Source of the DNA: a virus
Reading direction: 5' to 3' (one strand)
Virus record (IMG/VR): IMGVR_UViG_3300042879_006196
Location: 283,393 to 347,392 of that record
Length of the DNA: 64,000 bases
The notes under the pieces are model-generated. The model saw nothing but the letters and a program-made list of their open reading frames with translations. It did no database searches and had not been told where the DNA came from. Of this stretch, positions 29,083 through 38,141 are shown piece after piece. Made by a program: the position numbers and the translations under genes. Within the stretch, counting starts at the first letter, position 1; the number at the start of each line of letters is the position of its first letter.

Positions 29083-29919
29083 ATGGACATTAACGAACAA
29101 CTTTTTGAAATTAAAAAGCCCTATCTTAAAACTATCAATTGTCTCGACAAAGGTTTTGTCAGATTGGTGGATTGGATGGGTTCTGATCAAAGAATTGTTC
29201 AATCAGCTCGCGTGTCCTATGGCGATGGAACAAAAACTGTTCGTGAAGATAAAGGGTTAATTGATTATCTTATGCGACACGCACACACTTCGCCTTTTGA
29301 GCAAGTGAATTTCACTTTCCATGCTAAGATGCCAATCTTTGTGGCAAGGCAGATTGTCAGACACAGGACTGCCAAGTTAAATGAGATTTCAGGAAGATAT
29401 TCAATACTCAAGGACGAGTTTTATGAGCCCGATGTTTCTAGAATGGTAAAACAATCTAAAGACAACAAACAGGGCTCTTCTCAAGAATTACTTGAAGATG
29501 CTGAAAGCTTTCTGCAATCATTTAAGGATGAGCAATTTGAAATGTATGATAATTATGAAGAATACATTCAAGGTGGAATGGCAAAAGAAATGGCTCGTAT
29601 AAATCTTCCTTTGTCAATTTATACAGAGTGGTATTGGACTATTGATTTACACAATCTGTTTCATTTCTTAAAACTTAGAATGGATTCTCACGCTCAATAT
29701 GAAGTGAGAGTGTATGCAGACGCTAAATACAACCTGATAAAAGATATTGTGCCATTTGCTTGCGAATCATTTGAGCAACATGTGATCAATGGCAAAAAGT
29801 TTTCAAAAGATGAATTAGACATAATGAAAGAATTGATTCAGCACGAAGACATTAAAAGGTTAGCTGATCAAAGAAATTGGAAAGAATCTAAGGTAAATGA
29901 ATTCCTTAAAAAGATATAA
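29083..29919 (+). CDS. thyX: Flavin-dependent thymidylate synthase
   Basis: The ThyX motif RHRTAKLNEIS (RHR-x7-S) plus the surrounding conserved blocks. Confidence 0.85.
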   Translation: MDINEQLFEIKKPYLKTINCLDKGFVRLVDWMGSDQRIVQSARVSYGDGTKTVREDKGLIDYLMRHAHTSPFEQVNFTFHAKMPIFVARQIVRHRTAKLNEISGRYSILKDEFYEPDVSRMVKQSKDNKQGSSQELLEDAESFLQSFKDEQFEMYDNYEEYIQGGMAKEMARINLPLSIYTEWYWTIDLHNLFHFLKLRMDSHAQYEVRVYADAKYNLIKDIVPFACESFEQHVINGKKFSKDELDIMKELIQHEDIKRLADQRNWKESKVNEFLKKI

Positions 29920-30757
29920 AATAATTTTTTTAGTTCCTATATTTGAAAGAGAAGATTGTGTGGAAGATCTTATTCAAAATATACACACAATCTGCCCTAA
30001 TTCTGCAATTCTTTTTCACATAAATAGCAATTGCTCGCAAACATTTGTAGACAATATAAACAAGCTTAAAAACCATTATGATTTTTGTTACATTTTGCCC
30101 GAAAAATATCCATCTGAATGGGCTTCTGGTTTTTTAACAAACATTTACATACAAATGATGAATTGGTGTATTGAAAATGACATTTCAGATTATATTTACA
30201 TTACTCATTCTAATTCATTATTAATAAACCCAAAATTAGAATCATTCATTTATTCACATGAAATATTTTTTCCCTTACCTGGAACTAAACATTCTGGAGA
30301 TTGGTGGGAGAAAATATTATTAGATCAAAATATATTAGATTATGTGAAACCTTTAGGCGACATAATATATGTAACATCTATTGAAGGTGCTGCTATGAAT
30401 TTGAAAGTGGCTCAACATTTTGTTGATGATTTAATTAAAGTTATTCCTAATATTAATGTAGAGTATCCTTCGGAGGAATATTATATACCCACGTCATTTA
30501 TGAAAATCAAAGATAGATACAGATACATGAATTGTGCTTTGGAAAGGTGGGGGCATACAGTTGACCATGTTGTAAATGGATATAAGCTTGGAGTGAGTAA
30601 AAATGAGGAATACATTTTAAATATAGTTTTAAACAATCAATTTGATGTTTTATCTAAATTAAATCTTTATTCAATTAAAAAAATAGAAAGAAAATATAAT
30701 TACCCTTTTAGAGAGCTTTTAAGGAATCATTTTGGTTATAACAACGTAATATTTTAA
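29897..30757 (+). CDS. Hypothetical protein
   Basis: 286-aa ORF. It contains an inverted pair of the ACACAATCT motif near its 5' end. Confidence 0.35.
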   Translation: MNSLKRYKIIFLVPIFEREDCVEDLIQNIHTICPNSAILFHINSNCSQTFVDNINKLKNHYDFCYILPEKYPSEWASGFLTNIYIQMMNWCIENDISDYIYITHSNSLLINPKLESFIYSHEIFFPLPGTKHSGDWWEKILLDQNILDYVKPLGDIIYVTSIEGAAMNLKVAQHFVDDLIKVIPNINVEYPSEEYYIPTSFMKIKDRYRYMNCALERWGHTVDHVVNGYKLGVSKNEEYILNIVLNNQFDVLSKLNLYSIKKIERKYNYPFRELLRNHFGYNNVIF

Positions 30758-30762
30758 GGCGC

Positions 30763-31695
30763 ATGATATATCATCAAATTACATCACAAAACCCACTTGA
30801 AATTTATTTAAATTTAGAAGAGCTATTATGCTTAAAAAACATCACAAACACTGAATGTTTCATACAACCAAATGATGTGGCTAAAAAATATTTTGATTTT
30901 TCACATTTCCAAGTAGTCACTGAATTAAAAAAAGATGCTCTTACAATGGACATTGCAGATTATGTCTGTATGTACAATTTTGATTTTATTGACATTGAAG
31001 GCTCTGAGTTTTTAGAATACAAAAGAAACCAAGAAAAAAAATATCTGCGATTAGATAAATTTGAATTGAATGATTTTCATGTAAGGTTTTCAAAACCTAA
31101 TTATTACGAAACAAAATATTTTCATTCGAATAAGAATATATATAGGAATGCGATTAAACAATCTTCTATTTTTTTGTTCAATAAAAAATTTCAAGAAGAG
31201 TATGATTTTTTGAAACAAATTACTCCAAAGCTTCCATTGTTATGCCTCAAAGAATCAGAAGTGAATAGTATACCAAAATTACCAATCACAGATTGTGTTC
31301 ATGTAGCTGATAAATACAACTATGATTTTGGAAAAATTCTTAAAGAGTCTCAAGGAATTAATTCTCTCAATTTACATGATTACATTCGTGATTATCATTC
31401 TTCATTAAAAAACGTGGACATCAATATGTTACTTTTAATCATCAGTGAGAATTTTAAGGACATTTATGGTTACACTCAAGATTATGTTTTTGGCGCATTA
31501 TGTAAGCAAATGTTTTTAAAAGATAAAGATTTTAAAGTTAATTTGCTTAATGTTCCAGATTGTGGTTTATTGGAAAACTTTAACTTTAGAATTGTAGATT
31601 CCAGCGCATGTTTTTCTTTTTCAAAAATGAAATTGAATTGTCACAGATCTGATTTAATGTCACTTATCCGATTCAATGAGTGTGTTATTGATTAA
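30763..31695 (+). CDS. Hypothetical protein
   Basis: 310-aa ORF. Confidence 0.35.
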   Translation: MIYHQITSQNPLEIYLNLEELLCLKNITNTECFIQPNDVAKKYFDFSHFQVVTELKKDALTMDIADYVCMYNFDFIDIEGSEFLEYKRNQEKKYLRLDKFELNDFHVRFSKPNYYETKYFHSNKNIYRNAIKQSSIFLFNKKFQEEYDFLKQITPKLPLLCLKESEVNSIPKLPITDCVHVADKYNYDFGKILKESQGINSLNLHDYIRDYHSSLKNVDINMLLLIISENFKDIYGYTQDYVFGALCKQMFLKDKDFKVNLLNVPDCGLLENFNFRIVDSSACFSFSKMKLNCHRSDLMSLIRFNECVID

Positions 31696-31951
31696 TTTTT
31701 CAATTCTTTCAATAATTGGCGCCAAACCAGTATAGTTGCAATTAAACTCTCCTTTGAATTTTTTTGTAGAATCCACAAAGTTCGTTAAATCATACATGCA
31801 TCTAGCATTTTCTCCAGCCAAATCAATAGTTAGTTCTCCTGTGTATTCTGCCTCTTCATCAAACTTAATTACACTGATGTTTGTTTTACTAGCCATAGGT
31901 TATATTGTACATAAATAAGAAATATAAAACAGTCTGGAGAAAATTCTTAAA

Positions 31952-32458
31952 ATGAAAAATCAAAAAACATCACTAAAAGATACAATTTTAAAACTTGCAA
32001 AAATTGCAGATGATTTTGATTCAATTAAGCTACACAAAGAAGCGAACATTATAACAAATACAATGTTAAAATTAGCACAAACAGAATCATTGTTGATGCA
32101 AACCATTCCAAATTACATCAAAACATCCTTTGGCACTGTTGATGCATTTATTCAAAAATTCCCAGCTTTGGCAGGGTTAAAACAAGTGTTGACAAAGTTA
32201 GTAAGCGGACAACCACTTAATGAATTAGAAAAAGATCAACTAAGGAAATCAATTTTACAATCAGGATTAGGAAATTTGGAAGTATTACCAGCTGTGGAAG
32301 AAGCGAAAAAAATGAAAGCCGCCAATCCAACAATGAAATTAATTGATATCAGAAATTCTTTAGCTCAAAAATACACATGGCTTAATAATGGTCAAGATCC
32401 AAGATTTCAATCATTTAATCAGCAATTGTTAGCTATGTCGAGAAATAATATTGCTTAA
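31952..32458 (+). CDS. Hypothetical protein
   Basis: 168-aa ORF. Confidence 0.3.
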   Translation: MKNQKTSLKDTILKLAKIADDFDSIKLHKEANIITNTMLKLAQTESLLMQTIPNYIKTSFGTVDAFIQKFPALAGLKQVLTKLVSGQPLNELEKDQLRKSILQSGLGNLEVLPAVEEAKKMKAANPTMKLIDIRNSLAQKYTWLNNGQDPRFQSFNQQLLAMSRNNIA

Positions 32459-32478
32459 ATCCTGTATAATAATAGTGT

Positions 32479-33702
32479 ATGACACCAGGTGTCCGAATAC
32501 TTTTTATTGACATGAATTCCTTCTACGCCTCTGTAGAAGAGCAAGATAACCCAGGATTTCGTGGGAAACCCACTATTGTAGTGCCAGTTATGGCAGACAC
32601 ATCATGTGCAATCGCCGCTTCTTATCAAGCTAAAAAATTGGGCATCAAAACTGGCACACCTGTAGCTGAAGCTAAACGTATCGCACCCAATCTTAATGTA
32701 GTGCTTGCCAGACCTTCAAGATATGTTGACATTCACAATAAAATCCTCACAATTCTTAACACAATCTTCACGAAAGTAAAACCCTTATCTATTGACGAGT
32801 TTGCATGTTACCTTCCTGTAGATAATGCATCAGAGGAGTTTTGCTTACAATTGAGAGATAAAATTAATAAGCAAATCCAAAACACAATCGGGCATGAAGT
32901 AAAAGCTTCTTTTGGAGCTTCGTCTAATATTTTTCTAGCCAAAATTGCTTCAGAAATTATTAAGCCTGATGGCTTTGTTTATTTTGAAGCAAAAGATGCT
33001 CAAGAGAAAATGAAACATCTTAAATTAACAGATTTGCCAGGAATTGCCAGCAAAATGAATGCAAGACTTGGTTCAAGATTTGTTTATACTATAGATGATT
33101 TGTTTTCCAAATCCGCAAGTGAGCTTAAAGCTATATTTGGATCAATAATTGGCGAACAATGGTGGAGCATGCTTAGGGGAACTTTGAATCCAGATTATGG
33201 CATGTGGTATGGAAAAAAATTAAAATCCATTGGTCACTCACATGTTATTCCTCCACAAATGCGAAATGTGCCTCACACTTATGAAATTTACAAATCACTG
33301 GTGGAAAAATCATTCAATCGAATGAACACACACAATCTATATCCAAGTAAATTACATGTTGGCATATCATGTTATAAGCCAAAGCACAAATCTATTTATA
33401 TTGAAGCTGAAACCAAACATTTTAAACACACCGATAATTCAGATTCTCTTCGCGTGTATGCCGAAAGTGAATGGAATTGCATAGCACAAGGAATACCTGA
33501 TGATTATTATCCAAGAAAAGTGAGCGTAAGATGGACTAATCTATGTAATAAACAGGACATAATTCAACCATTGTTTGATTCAGATTGTGTTGAAAAATAC
33601 AAAAGTATCTACGACATTCCAGATAGAATTACATTTGGTGATCCACAAAGGATTTTTAAAGAAACCTGCAAGAATTCCCCATCCGCTTGTCGGTGGGGAT
33701 GA
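32479..33702 (+). CDS. dinB: Y-family translesion DNA polymerase (DinB/Pol IV-like)
   Basis: ILFIDMNSFYASVE is the Y-family catalytic N-terminus, and the downstream blocks SIDEF...LPGI follow. The last ~12 codons lie inside the left end of the TnpB element. Confidence 0.8.
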   Translation: MTPGVRILFIDMNSFYASVEEQDNPGFRGKPTIVVPVMADTSCAIAASYQAKKLGIKTGTPVAEAKRIAPNLNVVLARPSRYVDIHNKILTILNTIFTKVKPLSIDEFACYLPVDNASEEFCLQLRDKINKQIQNTIGHEVKASFGASSNIFLAKIASEIIKPDGFVYFEAKDAQEKMKHLKLTDLPGIASKMNARLGSRFVYTIDDLFSKSASELKAIFGSIIGEQWWSMLRGTLNPDYGMWYGKKLKSIGHSHVIPPQMRNVPHTYEIYKSLVEKSFNRMNTHNLYPSKLHVGISCYKPKHKSIYIEAETKHFKHTDNSDSLRVYAESEWNCIAQGIPDDYYPRKVSVRWTNLCNKQDIIQPLFDSDCVEKYKSIYDIPDRITFGDPQRIFKETCKNSPSACRWG

Positions 33703-35010
33703 ATTGCAGTAATTAGAAAATATTCTACTATTTTTCTAAAACATGTAGGTGATAGCAAATATTAAACTGTAAAAGAACTATATGTTGAAAGCATATAAGT
33801 TTTTGATAAAACCTGCGAAAGAGCAAAGTGAGATGTTTGAAAAACATTTTGGCGCTGCTAGGTTTGTCTATAACTGGGGCTTAGAACAAAAAACAAAATC
33901 TTATCAAGAAGGAAAGAAAACATTGACTTTTCTTGGATTAGGACCAGAACTTGTTAAACTTAAAAAAGAAAACATCTGGATGAAAGAAGTTAATAGCCAA
34001 TCACTATTGGCTTCTCTAAAGAATTTAGACAATGCCTACACTAGATTCTTTCGAGAAAAGAAAGGATTTCCTAAATTTAAATCAAAATACAATCCAAAAC
34101 AATCCTTCCAATGCCCTCAACATTGTACTGTAGATTTTGAAAAAGGATTGCTAAATATCCCTAAAGTTAAAAATATCAAAACTGTATTCCACAGACAATT
34201 TGAAGGAGATATCAAAACTGTAACGATTTCTAAAGTGCCTTCTGGAAAATATTATGTTTCTATCCTTGTGGAAGATGGAAAGTCTTTACAAATTAAACCC
34301 AAACTTGACAGAAACGATGCAATAGGTATTGACATGGGATTGAAAGATTTTGTAGTTACTTCAGATGGAGATAAGATTGCTAATCCGAAATATCTCAGAA
34401 AATCCGAAGAACGACTTGCAAGAAGACAAAGAAAATTAAGTGTAAAAAAGAAAGGGAGCAATAATAGAAATAAACAACGTAAAAAAGTAGCAAAGCTACA
34501 TAAAAAAATAGCTAATCAAAGAAAAGACTTTCTGCATAAAGTATCTCATCAAATAGTTCACAAGAATCACGGAACGATTTGTGTTGAAGACTTGTGTGTT
34601 AAAGGGATGGTCAAAAATAGAAAATTAGCTAAATCAATATCTGATGCAGGATGGGGAATGTTCTATAATTTTCTGAAATACAAATCAGAATGGCATGGAA
34701 AGAATTTCCTTGATATTGGAAGATTTGAACCATCGAGCAAGATGTGTTCAGTCTGCGGGAATATCAAATCAGATTTGACATTATCTGATAGAGAATGGAT
34801 ATGTTCTAAATGTGAAACAAAACACGATAGAGATATCAATGCTTCAATTAATATTCGGAACATGGCATTCACTAATCAGAATTTGGTAAGATGTATAGGA
34901 CTGGAACAGCCCGAATCAACGCCTGTGGAGAAGAAAGCTCTGGTTAGAAATAATGAAACTATCTTCTGCGAAGCAGGAAGCCTCACCCCTTGTGGGTGAG
35001 GTAGTTCACT
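33664..35010 (+). mobile_element. IS200/IS605-family TnpB-only insertion element (IS1341-like), copy 1
   Basis: The left end ACCTGCAAGAA-tt-CCCCATCCGCTTGTCGGTGGGG (imperfect hairpin) and the right end GAAGCCTCACCCCTTGTGGGTGAGGTAGTTCAC (perfect hairpin) are both conserved with copy 2 at 57990-59319. Confidence 0.7.
33782..34999 (+). CDS. tnpB: TnpB (OrfB) RNA-guided-nuclease-family transposon protein
   Basis: 405 aa. Has the N-terminal OrfB_IS605 region, RuvC-I GIDMGL, Glu in CVEDL, the zinc finger CSVCG...CSKC and RuvC-III DRDINASINI. Confidence 0.85.
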   Translation: MLKAYKFLIKPAKEQSEMFEKHFGAARFVYNWGLEQKTKSYQEGKKTLTFLGLGPELVKLKKENIWMKEVNSQSLLASLKNLDNAYTRFFREKKGFPKFKSKYNPKQSFQCPQHCTVDFEKGLLNIPKVKNIKTVFHRQFEGDIKTVTISKVPSGKYYVSILVEDGKSLQIKPKLDRNDAIGIDMGLKDFVVTSDGDKIANPKYLRKSEERLARRQRKLSVKKKGSNNRNKQRKKVAKLHKKIANQRKDFLHKVSHQIVHKNHGTICVEDLCVKGMVKNRKLAKSISDAGWGMFYNFLKYKSEWHGKNFLDIGRFEPSSKMCSVCGNIKSDLTLSDREWICSKCETKHDRDINASINIRNMAFTNQNLVRCIGLEQPESTPVEKKALVRNNETIFCEAGSLTPCG

Positions 35011-35033
35011 AATTAATTTTCGTATACATTATT

Positions 35034-35642
35034 ATGCCACAATTTAATCTTCTAGGGGAAACACCATCCACTTATGTAAATGGACCTGGAAATAGATATA
35101 TGATTCATCTTCAAGGTTGCAATCTTGGGTGCAAAAATTGTTTCAATCCTGAATCTTGGTCATTTAAGACTAAAAATCTTGTGTCAGTGGAATCACTTGC
35201 AAATAAAATCTTAGAAAACAATGTTGATGGATTAACTATTTCTGGCGGTGAACCCTTTCTTCAATCAGAATCTCTGCTTCATTTCTTGCAGTATTTGCAT
35301 AGCAGTGAAATGCCATTTCCAAAAGGCATTTTAATATATTCAGGTTACACCGAAGAAGAACTTCAAAAAATCCCCGAATATTCTCAGATAATTAAATTAG
35401 TGGATGTAATTGTTTCAGGAAGATACAAAGAAGAATTAAGAGTGTACGAATCTTTGCTGAGCAGTAGTAATCAAAAATTTATTTGGGGTGAACAAAAAAA
35501 TATCAAAGAAGAAGAATTGATAAATCAAAATTGCGAAATTATTATTGAAGAAAACGGTTTAAAACTTACAGGATTTCCAAATTTAACAGCTGAGATGAAA
35601 CAAACTATGAAAGATTTAGGCGTGGAAATCAAGGTAATTTGA
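35034..35642 (+). CDS. Radical-SAM activating enzyme, anaerobic ribonucleotide reductase activase (NrdG)-like
   Basis: VNGPGNRYMIHLQGCNLGCKNCFNPESW parallels the NrdG N-terminus (NGPG...GC-x3-C-x2-C-xNP). Confidence 0.6.
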   Translation: MPQFNLLGETPSTYVNGPGNRYMIHLQGCNLGCKNCFNPESWSFKTKNLVSVESLANKILENNVDGLTISGGEPFLQSESLLHFLQYLHSSEMPFPKGILIYSGYTEEELQKIPEYSQIIKLVDVIVSGRYKEELRVYESLLSSSNQKFIWGEQKNIKEEELINQNCEIIIEENGLKLTGFPNLTAEMKQTMKDLGVEIKVI

Positions 35643-35709
35643 TCATAAAACTAGAAATAACAAATAGGCTCCGCAGAATCATTGATTCGTTTTTGAGTCG
35701 AGGAAAAAA

Positions 35710-36408
35710 ATGAAAAATATTCTATCTACATTATCAGATCATGAGTTGGTGGCTATTTACCAATCCAATTCAAATGAAACATACCTGGAAACACTTATTT
35801 CTAGATACGAAAAAATGCTTCGCAAGCTGTCTCATGCGCACACCTTGAAGCATCCAAATACAAATTTAGAAGATAACTTACAAAATGCCAAACATGGGGC
35901 GATTATTGCTTTCAACAGATTCAATACACAATCTTCAACAGCATTATCTACATTTTTACATACAACGGTGTATTATCATTTGCTAACATGTAGTGAAAAT
36001 GAATCATTTGTAAATTGCCCCAGCAATTTAAGAGAAGTGAAATCATATTGCGCTGGTAAATATGATTCAGATTTAAACAAAAAAAATAAATTCGAAGAAA
36101 AATATCGTTTATTCAATGAAAAAGATATTGAAGAATTTAAAAAAACTAATATTGTTTTGTCTAATCCAATTTGTGTCACTGAAAAACTACCAGACTTAAC
36201 TGTTTTCGATGAAAATTCTACAATTGATGAGATTCAAGTCAAATTATTTATTGAAACACTACCCGAAGATGATAAACAGATTGTGTGTATGTTAATGGAA
36301 GGCTATTCTATTTCAAAAATTTCAAAAATTCTTTCATCATCGCATCAAAAAATCTCAGATAAACAAATTAAAAAGAAATTGCAATCAATCCAAACATTAT
36401 TCGTATAA
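35710..36408 (+). CDS. Putative sigma-factor-like protein (divergent)
   Basis: Region-2-like N-terminus, and a C-terminal HTH-like block QIVCMLMEGYSISKISKIL that resembles sigma region 4. Confidence 0.45.
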   Translation: MKNILSTLSDHELVAIYQSNSNETYLETLISRYEKMLRKLSHAHTLKHPNTNLEDNLQNAKHGAIIAFNRFNTQSSTALSTFLHTTVYYHLLTCSENESFVNCPSNLREVKSYCAGKYDSDLNKKNKFEEKYRLFNEKDIEEFKKTNIVLSNPICVTEKLPDLTVFDENSTIDEIQVKLFIETLPEDDKQIVCMLMEGYSISKISKILSSSHQKISDKQIKKKLQSIQTLFV

Positions 36409-36415
36409 TACTATT

Positions 36416-36946
36416 ATGGTTAATTATTATGCTATTCACGTTATGTCTGGTCGTGAAAATAAAACCAGAGATTTGTTGTTAAGTAGAGCTGTGGCTCAAA
36501 AACAATGGCAAGATACAATACTAGACATTATTATTCCTACTGAAAAAGAATATATAACTAGAAGAGGCAAAAGAGTGATTGCAGACAAAAAAGTTTTTCC
36601 AGGCTATATTTTTGTTAAAATGCACTTAGATGAAAATTCTGAAAAACTTGTGCAAGGAACAGATGGTGTCACTGGTTTTGTTAGGTCAGGTAGCAAACCT
36701 GTACCTGTCGCAGAAAGAGAAATAGAACAAATCTTAAAAAATCTTGAAAATTCACAAGAAGATTCTCCGAAATCTAATTTTAAAGCCAATGATATTATTT
36801 CGATTATTTCTGGCGCATTTGCAGATTTTTCTGGAAAAGTTGAATCTATTGATGAATCAAAAGGAAAAGTGAAGGCTTATGTTAATATCTTTGGACGAGA
36901 TACTCTTGTTGAACTTGCAATACAAGATGTTGAGCCTATGAAATAA
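36416..36946 (+). CDS. NusG-like transcription antitermination protein (NGN plus KOW domains)
   Basis: The N-terminus YAIHVMSGRENK is NGN-like. The C-terminus NDIISIISGAFADFSGKV...KGKVKAYVNIFGR is a KOW motif. CGTATAAT lies 6 nt upstream of the ATG. Confidence 0.7.
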   Translation: MVNYYAIHVMSGRENKTRDLLLSRAVAQKQWQDTILDIIIPTEKEYITRRGKRVIADKKVFPGYIFVKMHLDENSEKLVQGTDGVTGFVRSGSKPVPVAEREIEQILKNLENSQEDSPKSNFKANDIISIISGAFADFSGKVESIDESKGKVKAYVNIFGRDTLVELAIQDVEPMK

Positions 36947-37007
36947 TTTTCCAGGTTTAACAATTCTTAAATATAATCTTTTGTGTATTTACACATAAAA
37001 GATAATT

Positions 37008-37595
37008 ATGAAAAAAAATAACGATAATATAAGTGGAATGAATGATACCACAAATAGAGAAAAATTCGAAAAACTTTACAAGCAATCCCGTAGCAAACTT
37101 TACGGGATTGCTTTGTCTGTTGCAAGGGATGCAGATTTAGCAAATGATGTGTTGCAATTAGCCTATCTTAAAGCTTGGCGTAATTTTGATGAATATGATC
37201 AAAACAAAAAGTTTTTAAATTGGATGACAACAATTGTTAGAAATGCTGGCATTGATCAAACAAGACAAAAGAAAAAACACAATCTTGCATTTTCAATTGA
37301 TAGTTTGACTAATCCCACTGATGATAACAAATATCAAGAAATGTATATCGAAGATAAATCTTCTGATATAATGCAAAATTATGAAAGAAAAGAATTAATG
37401 CAAGCAATACAAAAAGAAATCTCTAAAATGCCTGAAGAGCTCAAGCTGGTTTTTATACCATTTGTCAAAGGTTTAACTTATGAAGAAATTTCTCAAGAAA
37501 CAAATGTAACCCTTGCTACAGTAAGAGCTAGAGTTCACCGAGCAAAACAAATTTTAAGAAACAATGAAAATCTTGAAAACTTAGCAAGTTTTTAA
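37008..37595 (+). CDS. Sigma-70-family (ECF-type) RNA polymerase sigma factor
   Basis: Region 2 YLKAWRNFDEYD...FLNWMTTIVRNAGIDQ and region 4 LTYEEISQETNVTLATVRARVHRAKQILR. Confidence 0.75.
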   Translation: MKKNNDNISGMNDTTNREKFEKLYKQSRSKLYGIALSVARDADLANDVLQLAYLKAWRNFDEYDQNKKFLNWMTTIVRNAGIDQTRQKKKHNLAFSIDSLTNPTDDNKYQEMYIEDKSSDIMQNYERKELMQAIQKEISKMPEELKLVFIPFVKGLTYEEISQETNVTLATVRARVHRAKQILRNNENLENLASF

Positions 37596-37619
37596 CGTAT
37601 AATAAAGTAGGTAATAGAA

Positions 37620-38063
37620 ATGAAGAAAATTCTAACAATTATTCCAGCTCTCGCCGTTTTAGCTTCAGTCGCTCCTGCACAGGAAAAGATTGGGCTTCGA
37701 CCAATTAAGCCACAAGTAAAGTCGCAATCAATGGCTACTTCCGTTTCAGATGGTAGTTTGTCTTTCTTGTATCTTAGGGATGGCTTGGATACAAGCTACA
37801 CAGCTGTCTCCTACCCATTGTTCAACGTAAGTGGTCTTGGAAACAGGGTTCAAATCGTTGCACTTGGTGCATTTGACAGCAATTTCACAAAGACTAACAT
37901 GTATCTCGGTACAGGTGTGTCTGTGAGCGTTCTTCGTAATTCTGGTTGGGAAGTTAAAGCATACGCTGGTTATAAAGGCTTCAACCTTGGACAAAACTTT
38001 AATGCCGCTCAAGGCTCAGAAGGAGTAGTTCTTGGTCTTGGTCTGACCATTCCTGTGCGATAA
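37620..38063 (+). CDS. Small secreted beta-barrel-like outer-membrane protein
   Basis: Signal peptide KKILTIIPALAVLASVAPAQE, alternating hydrophobic strands, and a terminator hairpin immediately downstream. Confidence 0.45.
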   Translation: MKKILTIIPALAVLASVAPAQEKIGLRPIKPQVKSQSMATSVSDGSLSFLYLRDGLDTSYTAVSYPLFNVSGLGNRVQIVALGAFDSNFTKTNMYLGTGVSVSVLRNSGWEVKAYAGYKGFNLGQNFNAAQGSEGVVLGLGLTIPVR

Positions 38064-38085
38064 TCCATTCGGCATTTCGTTTCTC

Positions 38086-38120
38086 CTAGTCCTCATAGCA
38101 ATGTGAGGACTTTTTCTTTC
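38086..38120 (+). terminator. Intrinsic terminator downstream of 37620-38063, immediately upstream of ssrA
   Basis: AGTCCTCA-TAGCAATG-TGAGGACT followed by TTTTTCTTTC. Confidence 0.6.
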
Positions 38121-38141
38121 AAACTTTGTATATATTAATAT

